From positions 1 through 40,525 of the forward strand of contig JBBQRQ010000045.1 of assembly GCA_038214755.1 (NCBI GenBank): 40,525 nt of DNA. Reading direction: 5' to 3'. The notes below the pieces were generated by a model. It was given only the letters and a program-made list of their open reading frames with translations, was not told the DNA's origin and did no database searches. Positions 9,595-20,013 of this stretch are shown piece after piece. Within the stretch, counting starts at the first letter, position 1. Every line of letters begins with the position of its first letter. The position numbers were made by a program, and so were the translations under genes. Source of the DNA: Verrucomicrobiota bacterium (lineage in GTDB: Bacteria > Verrucomicrobiota > Verrucomicrobiia > Limisphaerales > CANJXF01).

Positions 9595-11940
9595 ATGCGT
9601 TGGGAAAAATGTTGCACGCTCGCCGTCTTGCTCTGGAGTTTTGCCGCGCTGGCGCAACAGGAGCGACTCCCGAATACGCAACCTTTGGCACTGGAAGTCG
9701 ATCTGTCTGCGCAAATGGTTGAAGGCATCGACCGCTTTCTGATGCGGGAAATCGAAAGCTCGGTTGCATCACGTCTGCAATTTTGGCAGCGCGATTTTTC
9801 ATCTCCTGATGCTTACAAAAAATCAATCCAGCCCAATCGCGAGCGTTTTGCAAAAATGGTCGGCGCGGTGGAGGAACGTATTGCCGTCAAAGCTCTTGAT
9901 TTTGTCAGCACGACCGAGACTCCGGCGAAAATTGCCGAGACGAAAACTTATGAAGTTTTTGCGGTTCGCTGGCCGGTATTTGAAAACGTTTTTGCCGAAG
10001 GGCTTTGGTTGAAGCCAAAGAATGAAATTGTGGCGCGCATCGTCGCCATTCCAGACGCGGGTCAAACTCCCGAAATGCTCGCCGGCCTCGTGCCCGGAAT
10101 AAAACCCGACTCACAATTTGCACGTCGCCTCGCCGAAAATGGCTGTGAAGTTCTGGTTCCGACGCTCATCAGTCGCGACGACAATTTTTCCGGGAACGCT
10201 AAACTCAATCGCTTCACAAACCAACCGCATCGCGAATGGATTTATCGACAGGCTTACGAACTGGGCCGGCACATCATCGGCTACGAGGTGCAAAAAATTT
10301 CGGCGGCAGTTGATTTTTTTGAGGGCGAAAATACTGGTTCGAAAACGGCGCTCAAAATCGGCGTGGCTGGTTATGGCGAAGGCGGGCTTCTCGCACTTTA
10401 CGCCGCAGCGATCGATCCGCGAATCGAAGTTACTCTCGTGAGCGGTTACTTCGATTCACGGCAAAAAATTTGGAGTGAACCGATCTATCGAAATCTTTTT
10501 GGGTTGTTGCGCGAGTTCGGTGACGCTGAAATTGCGACGCTCATTGCGCCTCGCGGATTGGTTGTCGAACACAGCGTCGCGCCAAAAATTGATGGACCCC
10601 CTGTCGCAGGTAACGGACGAAATGGCGCTGCGCCGGGGAAAATCACAACGTCGGATTATCAATCGGTCGGGAATGAATTCGAGCGCGCCAAAGCTTTTCT
10701 GCAACCAGGTGGCGAAAAGTTTTCCGAAAATTTCCAACTGATTTCAGGAACAGAAGGACGGACAACGGGTCCGGGTTCCGACCGCGCACTTACCGAATTG
10801 CTCCGACAGCTTGGGGTGCAGGTTGCGCAGATCAGTTCTTCCGAAAAACCTGCGCAATCTCGGCGTGACAATTTCAATCTGGTCGAACGTCAGGGAAAAC
10901 AAGTTCACGAACTGGCCGGACATGTCCAACAGGTTTTCCGCGACTCTGAACGCGTCCGGGAAAATTTCTTTTGGCAAAAAATGAAAGAAGCCAAATCGCC
11001 TGAGCAATGGGGCGAATCGAAAAAAGATTTCCAGAATAAACTTTGGGACGAAGTGATTGGCCGTTTGCCCGGAGCAGCCATGCCGACGAATCCGCGTAGT
11101 AGGAAAATTTTTGAGAATGAAAAATCAACTGGCTACGAAGTTGTTCTCGATACGCGTCCTGATATTTTCGCATGGGGAATTTTGCTGTTACCAAAAGATT
11201 TGAAAGAGGGCGAGCGACGTCCAGTGGTTGTTTGCCAGCACGGACTTGAAGGCGTGCCGATGGATGTCGTCACAACGGATGCGCAAAATCCGGGTTACAA
11301 ATATTACAAAGGCTTCGCCACGCAATTGGCCGAACGGGGCTTTATCGTGTTCGCGCCGCACAATCCGTATCGCGGCGGGGATAAATTTCGCGTGCTGCAA
11401 CGGAAAGCGAATTCCATCGCCCAATCGCTTTTCTCCGTGATCCTCGCGCAACATCAGCAAATCCTGAACTGGCTTTCGGAGCAGCCGTTTGTGGACGCCA
11501 AACGCATCGGTTTCTATGGGCTTTCCTACGGCGGCAAGACGGCGATGCGCGTCCCGTCACTCCTCGACGGTTACGCACTTTCGATTTGCTCTGGAGATTT
11601 CAACGAATGGATTTTGAAAAATGTCAGCGTCGAGTTCCCGGGGAGCTATATGTTCACGGGCGAATACGAAATGCCGGAGCGGAATCTCGGAAGCACTTTT
11701 AATTACGCGGAAATGGCCGCGCTGATTGCGCCTCGGCCATTTATGGTGGAACGCGGACACAGCGACGGCGTTGGTATCGACGAACAAGTCGCCTACGAAT
11801 ATGCGAAAGTTCGGCGGCTCTATGACCGATTGGGAATTGGTGAGCGGACGGAAATCGAATTTTTCAATGGCCCGCATGAGATTCATGGCGTCGGCACGTA
11901 TGAATTTCTGCACCAACATTTGAATTGGCCGGAACGCTGA
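9595..11940 (+). CDS. Secreted tandem alpha/beta-hydrolase (dienelactone hydrolase-like)
   Basis: Signal peptide MRWEKCCTLAVLLWSFAALAQ from ATG 9595; two homologous halves with GYGEGG and GLSYGG elbows, LIAPR motif twice, C-terminal GPH. Confidence 0.85.
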   Translation: MRWEKCCTLAVLLWSFAALAQQERLPNTQPLALEVDLSAQMVEGIDRFLMREIESSVASRLQFWQRDFSSPDAYKKSIQPNRERFAKMVGAVEERIAVKALDFVSTTETPAKIAETKTYEVFAVRWPVFENVFAEGLWLKPKNEIVARIVAIPDAGQTPEMLAGLVPGIKPDSQFARRLAENGCEVLVPTLISRDDNFSGNAKLNRFTNQPHREWIYRQAYELGRHIIGYEVQKISAAVDFFEGENTGSKTALKIGVAGYGEGGLLALYAAAIDPRIEVTLVSGYFDSRQKIWSEPIYRNLFGLLREFGDAEIATLIAPRGLVVEHSVAPKIDGPPVAGNGRNGAAPGKITTSDYQSVGNEFERAKAFLQPGGEKFSENFQLISGTEGRTTGPGSDRALTELLRQLGVQVAQISSSEKPAQSRRDNFNLVERQGKQVHELAGHVQQVFRDSERVRENFFWQKMKEAKSPEQWGESKKDFQNKLWDEVIGRLPGAAMPTNPRSRKIFENEKSTGYEVVLDTRPDIFAWGILLLPKDLKEGERRPVVVCQHGLEGVPMDVVTTDAQNPGYKYYKGFATQLAERGFIVFAPHNPYRGGDKFRVLQRKANSIAQSLFSVILAQHQQILNWLSEQPFVDAKRIGFYGLSYGGKTAMRVPSLLDGYALSICSGDFNEWILKNVSVEFPGSYMFTGEYEMPERNLGSTFNYAEMAALIAPRPFMVERGHSDGVGIDEQVAYEYAKVRRLYDRLGIGERTEIEFFNGPHEIHGVGTYEFLHQHLNWPER

Positions 11941-11961
11941 TTTGTCTCCAAACCAAATCCG

Positions 11962-12345
11962 TTATTCAGGGACGGTCATTTTGAATTTCGGAATGCGCGT
12001 CAAAACTTTTTGCCCGTTGGCATTCACTCCAATGTAACTCCCTTCGGCTACGGCGGTTTTCGTGTCGAGCAGATGGAAGGAGTTGTAGCTGAATTTTTCG
12101 CCCGGCTCGATGGTGGGATGTTCGCCGACGACGCCGTCGCCTTCCACCGCCGTGATTTCTCCACGCGTATTTGTCACAACCCATTTGCGTCCGTGAATGG
12201 TCACGGGAATTTCCGTGTCGTTATGAATGCTGATAAAATAAACAAAGCAATGCGGTCGATCCAGCGGCGTGTCCACGTCGGGTTGATAGGCTACCCGATC
12301 AACGGTTACTTTTAAATTTTCCGGTTCAAAAAAATCTGCGCTCAC
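11962..12345 (-). CDS. apaG: ApaG domain protein
   Basis: FVYFISIHN, RKWVVT, VEGDGVVGEHPTIEPGEKFSYNS, AEGSY. Confidence 0.9.
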   Translation of the reverse strand: MSADFFEPENLKVTVDRVAYQPDVDTPLDRPHCFVYFISIHNDTEIPVTIHGRKWVVTNTRGEITAVEGDGVVGEHPTIEPGEKFSYNSFHLLDTKTAVAEGSYIGVNANGQKVLTRIPKFKMTVPE

Positions 12346-12425
12346 GCGAGGGAACGTAAACTTGGTGAGACAGAATTAACAGAATTAACAAAATTGGTCT
12401 GCTTGGGTTTTTCCGCTTCTCATTA

Positions 12426-12566
12426 GGGTGTTTTAAAGATGGTGAATGATGGAACCGTTTCAACGGTTTTTGCGCTGCGAGAAAACCGTTAAAACGGTTG
12501 GAGTAGTTTCATCGTTCGCGGACACCCAGCTAAAGCAGGGTGCTAATGAGATGCTTTTAAAGTTCC
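12426..12566. repeat. Decayed palindromic REP/MITE-like element
   Basis: AACCGTTTCAACGGTT and AACCGTTAAAACGGTT palindromes, CACCCAGCTAAAGCAGGGTG hairpin; left end GGGTGTTTTAAAG only partly mirrored at the right end. Confidence 0.6.
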
Positions 12567-12594
12567 AGCGCGCCAACGTGTCTGGCGCGAAGTC

Positions 12595-12620
12595 CCCGCC
12601 TCCTCACGTCGTCAGCTACG
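12595..12620. repeat. Single REP-like motif
   Basis: CCGCCTCCTCACGTCGTCAGCTAC resembles the reverse complement of a GTAG-headed REP. Confidence 0.4.
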
Positions 12621-12735
12621 AATTTTTCGTTTCAACCTTTCCCAAAAATTTTCTGGTTTGCCGAAACCGATAAATTACTTCCACCGATGGATTTTTTTCT
12701 CGCCTATTCGATTCGCCATCAGAAAATCCGAGGCA

Positions 12736-13818
12736 ATGATCCACCATCGGTTTTCATTCCTTCGATTGTTCGTGATCGTCGCCGTTTCCTTTTTCGCGAG
12801 TCACGGCCAATCTGCCCAACTGCTGGATGATCGCGCGATCACGATTCATTCCACGCGCGATGTTGCGCAGAAACGCCGGGCATTGATTCAATATCTCTGG
12901 GGCAAAGATGGTTTCCCTGAGCGCCGATTGCCGAACGTCGTCGTGACCAATATTGCCAGCCCGGTGCAGCATCTCAGTCATCTCGCGCGGGTGGACGAAT
13001 TCCGCATTGACCTGGCGCCCGGATTGCAAGGTCTCGCTTATCATTTCATCCCGCAACAGCCGAATCGCGAACTGGTCGTCGTTCATCACGGCCACGGCTG
13101 CACGTTTAACGACGATCCCTCGGACACCGGCTCGGCCTTGCAAGGCACCATCGCCGCGCTCTTGCGTGAAGGTTATGGAGTGCTCGGTGTTTTCATGCCG
13201 CACATGCGGCCCGACGATTGCACGGGCCTTCACGACGCGATGTTTCAAACGAATGTTGTGGGCAGTCCGATTAAATATTTTCTCGAATCAACGGCGGTCA
13301 GTTTGAATTATCTCAAGACGCGCAGCCGCCGCGATCATTTCCCAAAGTACCGCGCGTTTCACATGACGGGACTTTCCGGCGGCGGCTGGACGACGACGGT
13401 TTATGCCGCGATTGACCCGACCATCCGTTGTAGTTTTCCCGTGGCGGGATCGATTCCGTTGTATTTACGGACAGGTGGTTCGGTCGGTGACCGCGAACAA
13501 TTTGAACCTTCATTTTATCGCATTGCGAGTTATCCCGACCTTTACATTCTCGGCTCGCAAGGGCGCGGTCGCAAGCAAGTGCAGATTCTCAATCGCCGCG
13601 ACGGCTGTTGTTTTGGCGAGGCGCAACACGACGCGAACTCATCCGGCATGGCCTACGCGGATGCCATGCGCAATTATGAAAACCGGGTGCGCGCCGCGCT
13701 CAAAGCAATTGAACGCGGCTCGTTCCGTTTGGAAATCGACGAGGCCGCGTTGAGTCATACGATTTCGCATCACGCGATCGAGGACGTAATCGTTCCTGAA
13801 CTCCGCCGTGCGCGCTGA
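12736..13818 (+). CDS. Secreted alpha/beta-hydrolase-fold protein
   Basis: Signal peptide from ATG 12736, HHGHG, nucleophile elbow GLSGGGW, DGCCF, C-terminal SHTIS. Confidence 0.75.
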   Translation: MIHHRFSFLRLFVIVAVSFFASHGQSAQLLDDRAITIHSTRDVAQKRRALIQYLWGKDGFPERRLPNVVVTNIASPVQHLSHLARVDEFRIDLAPGLQGLAYHFIPQQPNRELVVVHHGHGCTFNDDPSDTGSALQGTIAALLREGYGVLGVFMPHMRPDDCTGLHDAMFQTNVVGSPIKYFLESTAVSLNYLKTRSRRDHFPKYRAFHMTGLSGGGWTTTVYAAIDPTIRCSFPVAGSIPLYLRTGGSVGDREQFEPSFYRIASYPDLYILGSQGRGRKQVQILNRRDGCCFGEAQHDANSSGMAYADAMRNYENRVRAALKAIERGSFRLEIDEAALSHTISHHAIEDVIVPELRRAR

Positions 13819-13864
13819 CCACACATTTTCTCCACTCGTAATTTTTCCTGCCTCTTAAAAGGAG

Positions 13865-14030
13865 GGGTGTGATTTCAAGTGGCGGTCAAACAAGAGCGCC
13901 AGAGGACTGGCGCACTCCAAGACGCTCCGCGCTCCATGCGCCATTAACATTCGCGCGAGCGTCTTGGAGTGCGGCGGTCCTCCGCCGCTTTCAACTGCGC
14001 CGATTGTGACCGCCACTTGAAATCACACCC
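13865..14030. mobile_element. MITE (166 bp) with REP-like cargo
   Basis: Perfect 24-bp TIR GGGTGTGATTTCAAGTGGCGGTCA; flanks TAAAAGGAG / TGAAAGGAG (8/9 target duplication); internal GCACTCCAAGACGCT...AGCGTCTTGGAGTGC inverted pair. Confidence 0.88.
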
Positions 14031-14137
14031 TGAAAGGAGTCGTCGCTTATCATGTAACGAAACGACGTGATTATTCATCCCTTTCCTTAAAATTTTTTGG
14101 GGTTCTCATCTTCATTCCCGGTGTTAAGTTCGCCCCG

Positions 14138-16342
<2,205 letters not shown>

Positions 16343-16390
16343 TTCACTCCTTTCCGGAAATTAGTTTTTACGAGAGGAATCAATTTGCGC

Positions 16391-17047
16391 TCATCCGAAA
16401 GAAATCGGATGAAACAATTTTGAAGCGATAAGCGCGTCTGTCAGCGGCGGATTGGCGTCACGATTGAGTAGATTGAGACTGCCGGGCGAGAATCCGTTGC
16501 GCGCCACCAAGGCGGGCGGGTGCGCGGGATCAGAATCCGAATTGTCGTAAATGTAAAAGTGATCCGCACGGCTTGCAAACCAGGGCAGGTGTTCCAATGA
16601 ACGTTTCCAACGTCCGGCCAACTTTTCCTCAGGCACGGGATGACCGCCTTTGGCGACGCGATGCGCCACGCGCTCTCGGGACAATTCAGGCGAGCGCAAT
16701 CCGACGTAGATGAGATTGAAGATTCCGCCATCGCGCCAGAGTTTTTCGACGACGGGATGATATTTGTCGGTGCTTAAAACCGTTTCCACAGCAACAGATT
16801 CGCCGGCATCAAGCAGGCGGCGGACTTCAGCAAAAACTTTTTCCGCGGCAGCGATGTTTGCGCGTTGCAAAATTTCCGTTGGCGTGGCGGCGTAGGTGGA
16901 AAAGCCCTGTTCGTTTAGTAGTTGCCGCGTCAATTCGTCAGCGTTGAGAAAATGACTGATGTGACCGCTCCATTCGGGGAATTGAGTTAACGTAGATTTA
17001 CCTGCGCCATTCGGCCCTGCAAACAGCCAGAGCTGAGGAATCGGCAT
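16391..17047 (-). CDS. Zeta-toxin-like P-loop kinase/ATPase (putative toxin)
   Basis: AGPNGAGKST, FLNADE, AVETVLS, RVAHRVAKGGH.VP, YDNS. Confidence 0.85.
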   Translation of the reverse strand: MPIPQLWLFAGPNGAGKSTLTQFPEWSGHISHFLNADELTRQLLNEQGFSTYAATPTEILQRANIAAAEKVFAEVRRLLDAGESVAVETVLSTDKYHPVVEKLWRDGGIFNLIYVGLRSPELSRERVAHRVAKGGHPVPEEKLAGRWKRSLEHLPWFASRADHFYIYDNSDSDPAHPPALVARNGFSPGSLNLLNRDANPPLTDALIASKLFHPISFG

Positions 17048-17056
17048 AGCAGAAAA

Positions 17057-17266
17057 TCACTTGGAGGAGATGAGAGCGGCGCGCTTGGCCCGGTAAAAAA
17101 TATCCGTCATCTGGTCAATGAAATCAGAACTGCTCAAGCGAGCGTGAAGTTGCCGCACTGCCTGAGCTTGCCTGACAGGATTTTTTTGAACATGGCTGGT
17201 CGCGGCAAAAATTTCGCTCAACAAGGACCGCTTGGAATCAGCGCCGTTATTATCTTTCCTTTCCAT
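17057..17266 (-). CDS. Small protein, putative antitoxin partner of the zeta-like gene
   Basis: 69 aa, ends 9 nt upstream of the zeta-like ORF, has its own promoter-like sequence. Confidence 0.55.
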   Translation of the reverse strand: MERKDNNGADSKRSLLSEIFAATSHVQKNPVRQAQAVRQLHARLSSSDFIDQMTDIFYRAKRAALISSK

Positions 17267-17272
17267 ATTTAT

Positions 17273-17301
17273 AGATTGTCACTGGCACTCAACCGCGTCA
17301 A
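17273..17301 (-). promoter_or_regulatory. Putative sigma70 promoter, leaderless transcript
   Basis: TTGACG-N17-CAATCT-N6-ATG(17266). Confidence 0.5.
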
Positions 17302-17372
17302 TAAGGGTGTGAAAACTTTCGCTAAAAAACCGATCCCTCTTTTTTTATCTTCTCGATTTTCTATGGAGTCTT

Positions 17373-18716
17373 TTAGCTGCGCTGAGATTTTTTTCCGCCG
17401 ATATTCCACAAACAGGCGATCACCATCGCGGCCGCAAATGCACACGCCGCCCAAAAACGCACGGCGAATTGCCAGCCGTAATCCTGCGCGAGATGGCCGG
17501 TGAATTTGTCTCCCGCCGCCGCGCCCATGTAGCCCATGAAATTGACGAAGCCCGAGGCCGCCGCAGCCGTCCCGCCGCGCGCCAGATCGACGGGCAACGT
17601 TCCGACGAGTAAGATTTGCGCGCCAAAAATTCCGAACCCGATGACAAATAAAATGGAAATCGACGGAACCAACCCGAGATGAATCACATGGTCATAAGCC
17701 AGCCCGAAACAACCCAGCGCCAGCAGCAAAATAAAAATCATCGGCACGGGACGCCCGCGAAAAAATTTATCTGTCATCCAACCCGCGACGAGCGAGCCGC
17801 AAATTCCCCCCATCGGCAGCACCGCGTATTTGAAAGCGGCATCGCTCACTTTCGCATTTTGAACTTTCATCAAATGCAACACGCCCCAGTCAGTGAAACC
17901 GTAGCGACACGCATCGAGCAGCAGCAGTGCTGACGCAACGATCCAGAGCGCGGGATTCGTCAGCGTCAGCTTGAGATTTTCTTTCAGCGAATGTGAATGG
18001 ATCGGCGGCAATTGCGCTGCGACTTCGGCCTCCATAAAAGTGGAGCAGTGCGTCCCGCCTGCTTGGGCTAACGGGGATTTTGTTTCGAGATATTTCTCGG
18101 CAGGCCGGAGGCGCTGCCCCACTTGTCGCGGCGAATCCTTCAAAAAAATCAGCATGTGAATTGCGCTCGCCGTGACGAGAATCGCCGGAATGTAAAGCGC
18201 GCCGCGCCAGCCGAATTTCTCCGCCGCCCAGCCGGACACCACGAACGTGAGTGCGCCGCAAAGTTGATAGCCCGTCCCGATGATGCCAATCGCGCGACCG
18301 CGTTGTTCCGGCGGAAACCAGTTCGCCGCCGTGCGCATGGTGGGCGGCCAGCCGAGCGCCTGAACGTAACCGTTGCACGCCCAGACGAACGTCAGGAAAT
18401 AAAGGGCGGTCGCCCAGCCGAAAACGACATTGAGCGCCGCCGACGCGAGCAAGCCGATGGCGAGCAATTTGCGCGGGCGAACCTGTTCGGCGAGCTGGCC
18501 GTTGATGAATTGCCCGACGCCGTAAGCCAGCTTGAGCGACATCAGGACGGTGCCCATTTGTTTGGCGTCGTAGTGCAATTCCTCTTTGAGTCCGGGAATG
18601 GCGACGCCGAGATTATTGCGGCAAAAATAAAGCGAGCCGTAAGTCAGCCAAAGGACCCAGAGAACGGTGCGTTGTTGCGAGGAAAAGCGCGTCTCGTTGG
18701 TGGCTGGCAAATGCAA
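17373..18716 (-). CDS. MFS transporter, OPA family (GlpT/UhpC-like)
   Basis: YFCRNN, YGVGQFING, NGYVQALGWPP, WFPPEQRG, ASGFVNFMGYMG; many hydrophobic segments; start probably TTG 18716 or 18710. Confidence 0.9.
   Translation of the reverse strand: MHLPATNETRFSSQQRTVLWVLWLTYGSLYFCRNNLGVAIPGLKEELHYDAKQMGTVLMSLKLAYGVGQFINGQLAEQVRPRKLLAIGLLASAALNVVFGWATALYFLTFVWACNGYVQALGWPPTMRTAANWFPPEQRGRAIGIIGTGYQLCGALTFVVSGWAAEKFGWRGALYIPAILVTASAIHMLIFLKDSPRQVGQRLRPAEKYLETKSPLAQAGGTHCSTFMEAEVAAQLPPIHSHSLKENLKLTLTNPALWIVASALLLLDACRYGFTDWGVLHLMKVQNAKVSDAAFKYAVLPMGGICGSLVAGWMTDKFFRGRPVPMIFILLLALGCFGLAYDHVIHLGLVPSISILFVIGFGIFGAQILLVGTLPVDLARGGTAAAASGFVNFMGYMGAAAGDKFTGHLAQDYGWQFAVRFWAACAFAAAMVIACLWNIGGKKSQRS
18038..18124. 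repeat. REP-like inverted doublet lying in frame inside the MFS gene
   Basis: AAGTGGAGCAGTGCGTCCCGCCTGC ... GCAGGCCGGAGGCGCTGCCCCACTT (21/25 complementary); 87 bp = 29 codons. Confidence 0.75.
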
Positions 18717-18760
18717 GGCGGTAGGAAACTGAAATGAAAGGCGGGCGTCAACTCTGGGCA
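18639..18760. repeat. Direct repeat copy 1 (MFS promoter and first codons)
   Basis: About 88% identical by eye to 19204..19325. Confidence 0.9.
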
Positions 18761-18782
18761 AGCGGAGGTGGTCTAATTAAAC

Positions 18783-18898
18783 TGGCGGTCAAAACAAGAG
18801 CGCCAGAGGACTGGCGCACTCCAAGACGCTTCGCGCTATTCATGCGCATCGAAATTCGCGCGAGCGTCTTGGAGTGCGGCGGCCCTCCGCCGCTTTCA
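18783..18898. repeat. REP doublet, same family as the cargo of MITE 13865..14030 but without full TIRs
   Basis: TGGCGGTCAAAACAAGAGCGCCAGAGGACTGGCGCACTCCAAGACGCT...AGCGTCTTGGAGTGCGGCGGCCCTCCGCCGCTTTCA. Confidence 0.88.
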
Positions 18899-18920
18899 TC
18901 GGTATTAAACAACACTTCCC

Positions 18921-19157
18921 TCATTCCATTCCAACCGCGCGGCGAACCTGAGCCAGCGCTTCGTCACCCGGAATCGTCTTGACCCGACCGGAACGGATCT
19001 CGTCCCGACGCCGCTTCGCCTCTGAAATCCAAAGGCGGTCAATGCCATCGAGTTCCGAAGCATCGAGGCTTTCCACAAGCCGATCCGCCAACAGCGCTCG
19101 CGCTTCCGGTGAAAGGGTCAGTGCTTCCTCGGCGAGTTGCTCAATAGTCATTGCCAT
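18921..19157 (-). CDS. Addiction-module antitoxin component (TIGR02574-like)
   Basis: ALTLSPEARALLADRLVESLD...W..EAKRR..EI.SG.V..IPG.E. Confidence 0.88.
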   Translation of the reverse strand: MAMTIEQLAEEALTLSPEARALLADRLVESLDASELDGIDRLWISEAKRRRDEIRSGRVKTIPGDEALAQVRRAVGME

Positions 19158-19163
19158 GACGAG

Positions 19164-19192
19164 AGGATAAGCGAAGCGGGTGCAAGGCTCAA
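19164..19192 (-). promoter_or_regulatory. Putative sigma70 promoter, leaderless transcript
   Basis: TTGAGC-N17-TATCCT-N6-ATG(19157). Confidence 0.55.
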
Positions 19193-19203
19193 GAGTTAGA
19201 AAT

Positions 19204-19325
19204 GTAAGTGAGCCAGAGGTCCCAAGAGAACGGTGCGTTGTTGCGAGGAAAAGTTTGTCTCATTGTTGGCTGGCAAATGCAAGGTGGTAGGAAACTCAAA
19301 TGAAGGGCGGGCGTCAACTCCGGCA
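19204..19325 (-). pseudogene. Direct repeat copy 2: duplicated, frameshifted 5' stub of the MFS gene with its promoter
   Basis: Reads LHLPANNETNFSSQQRTVL, then a 1-nt insertion leading to a stop; retains TTGACG-N17-TTTCCT. Confidence 0.85.
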
Positions 19326-19441
19326 TGGTAGGGCGGCGTTGTTACGCCGCCACCAACAAGCAAACCTTAAATCCGCACCTTCGCGTCTCTGTGTCGAAAA
19401 ATTCGTTCTCATTCACGTCCCTTCGTGGCAAAGTCCCTGGT

Positions 19442-19924
19442 ATGGGAATTGGCTTCGCAGTTCACGGATTCATCGCAGCCCCAGGATGGTATGATCAAGA
19501 GCCGTCGCTGCGCGTTTTCACACACAACAAAGCAGTAATCCAATCTCTGCCGGAACTGGACAAAGATTGGCCTTTCATTGTGCGAAGCATGTTCGCGCTC
19601 TCTCCTTACCGAACGAAACTCGAAGTCTCGGTTCCTCAGTATGAGCACATGCTCATTCACTTCGCCGCAAGTTACAAAGACATGTATCTGCTGTCGGCTG
19701 ATTGGATTCTCAAATTCGAAGCTATACTGAAAAAGCTTTGCGCCCAACGGGCTGTCGTCTACTGCGACATTGGAACTCGCTATGAATGGCATGCTGATTG
19801 GCCTTCTGAAGATTTTCTGCGCAACCCTCCATTGCTGCCGAGAAAATGGGTTCTCAAATGCTATGAGGGTGGTAGCAAGGAGATACCGTACATCGAAGCA
19901 ATTGACGGAGCTTACCCGCAATAA
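19442..19924 (+). CDS. Hypothetical protein
   Basis: 160-aa ORF from ATG 19442 (MGIGFAVHGFI...WPF...IHFAASYK...W..KFE); protein-like composition, family not recognised. Confidence 0.65.
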   Translation: MGIGFAVHGFIAAPGWYDQEPSLRVFTHNKAVIQSLPELDKDWPFIVRSMFALSPYRTKLEVSVPQYEHMLIHFAASYKDMYLLSADWILKFEAILKKLCAQRAVVYCDIGTRYEWHADWPSEDFLRNPPLLPRKWVLKCYEGGSKEIPYIEAIDGAYPQ

Positions 19925-20013
19925 CTCCGCGTCTCCGCGTTGCGATGGCAATTTTGCTCGCTCACAAAAAGCCCTCCTTGACGCCTGCTTCTTTGCCATT
20001 CACAACTGAACTC

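Noticed and set aside
19409..19999. 196-aa minus-strand ORF
   Set aside because: It overlaps the more protein-like plus-strand ORF 19442..19924
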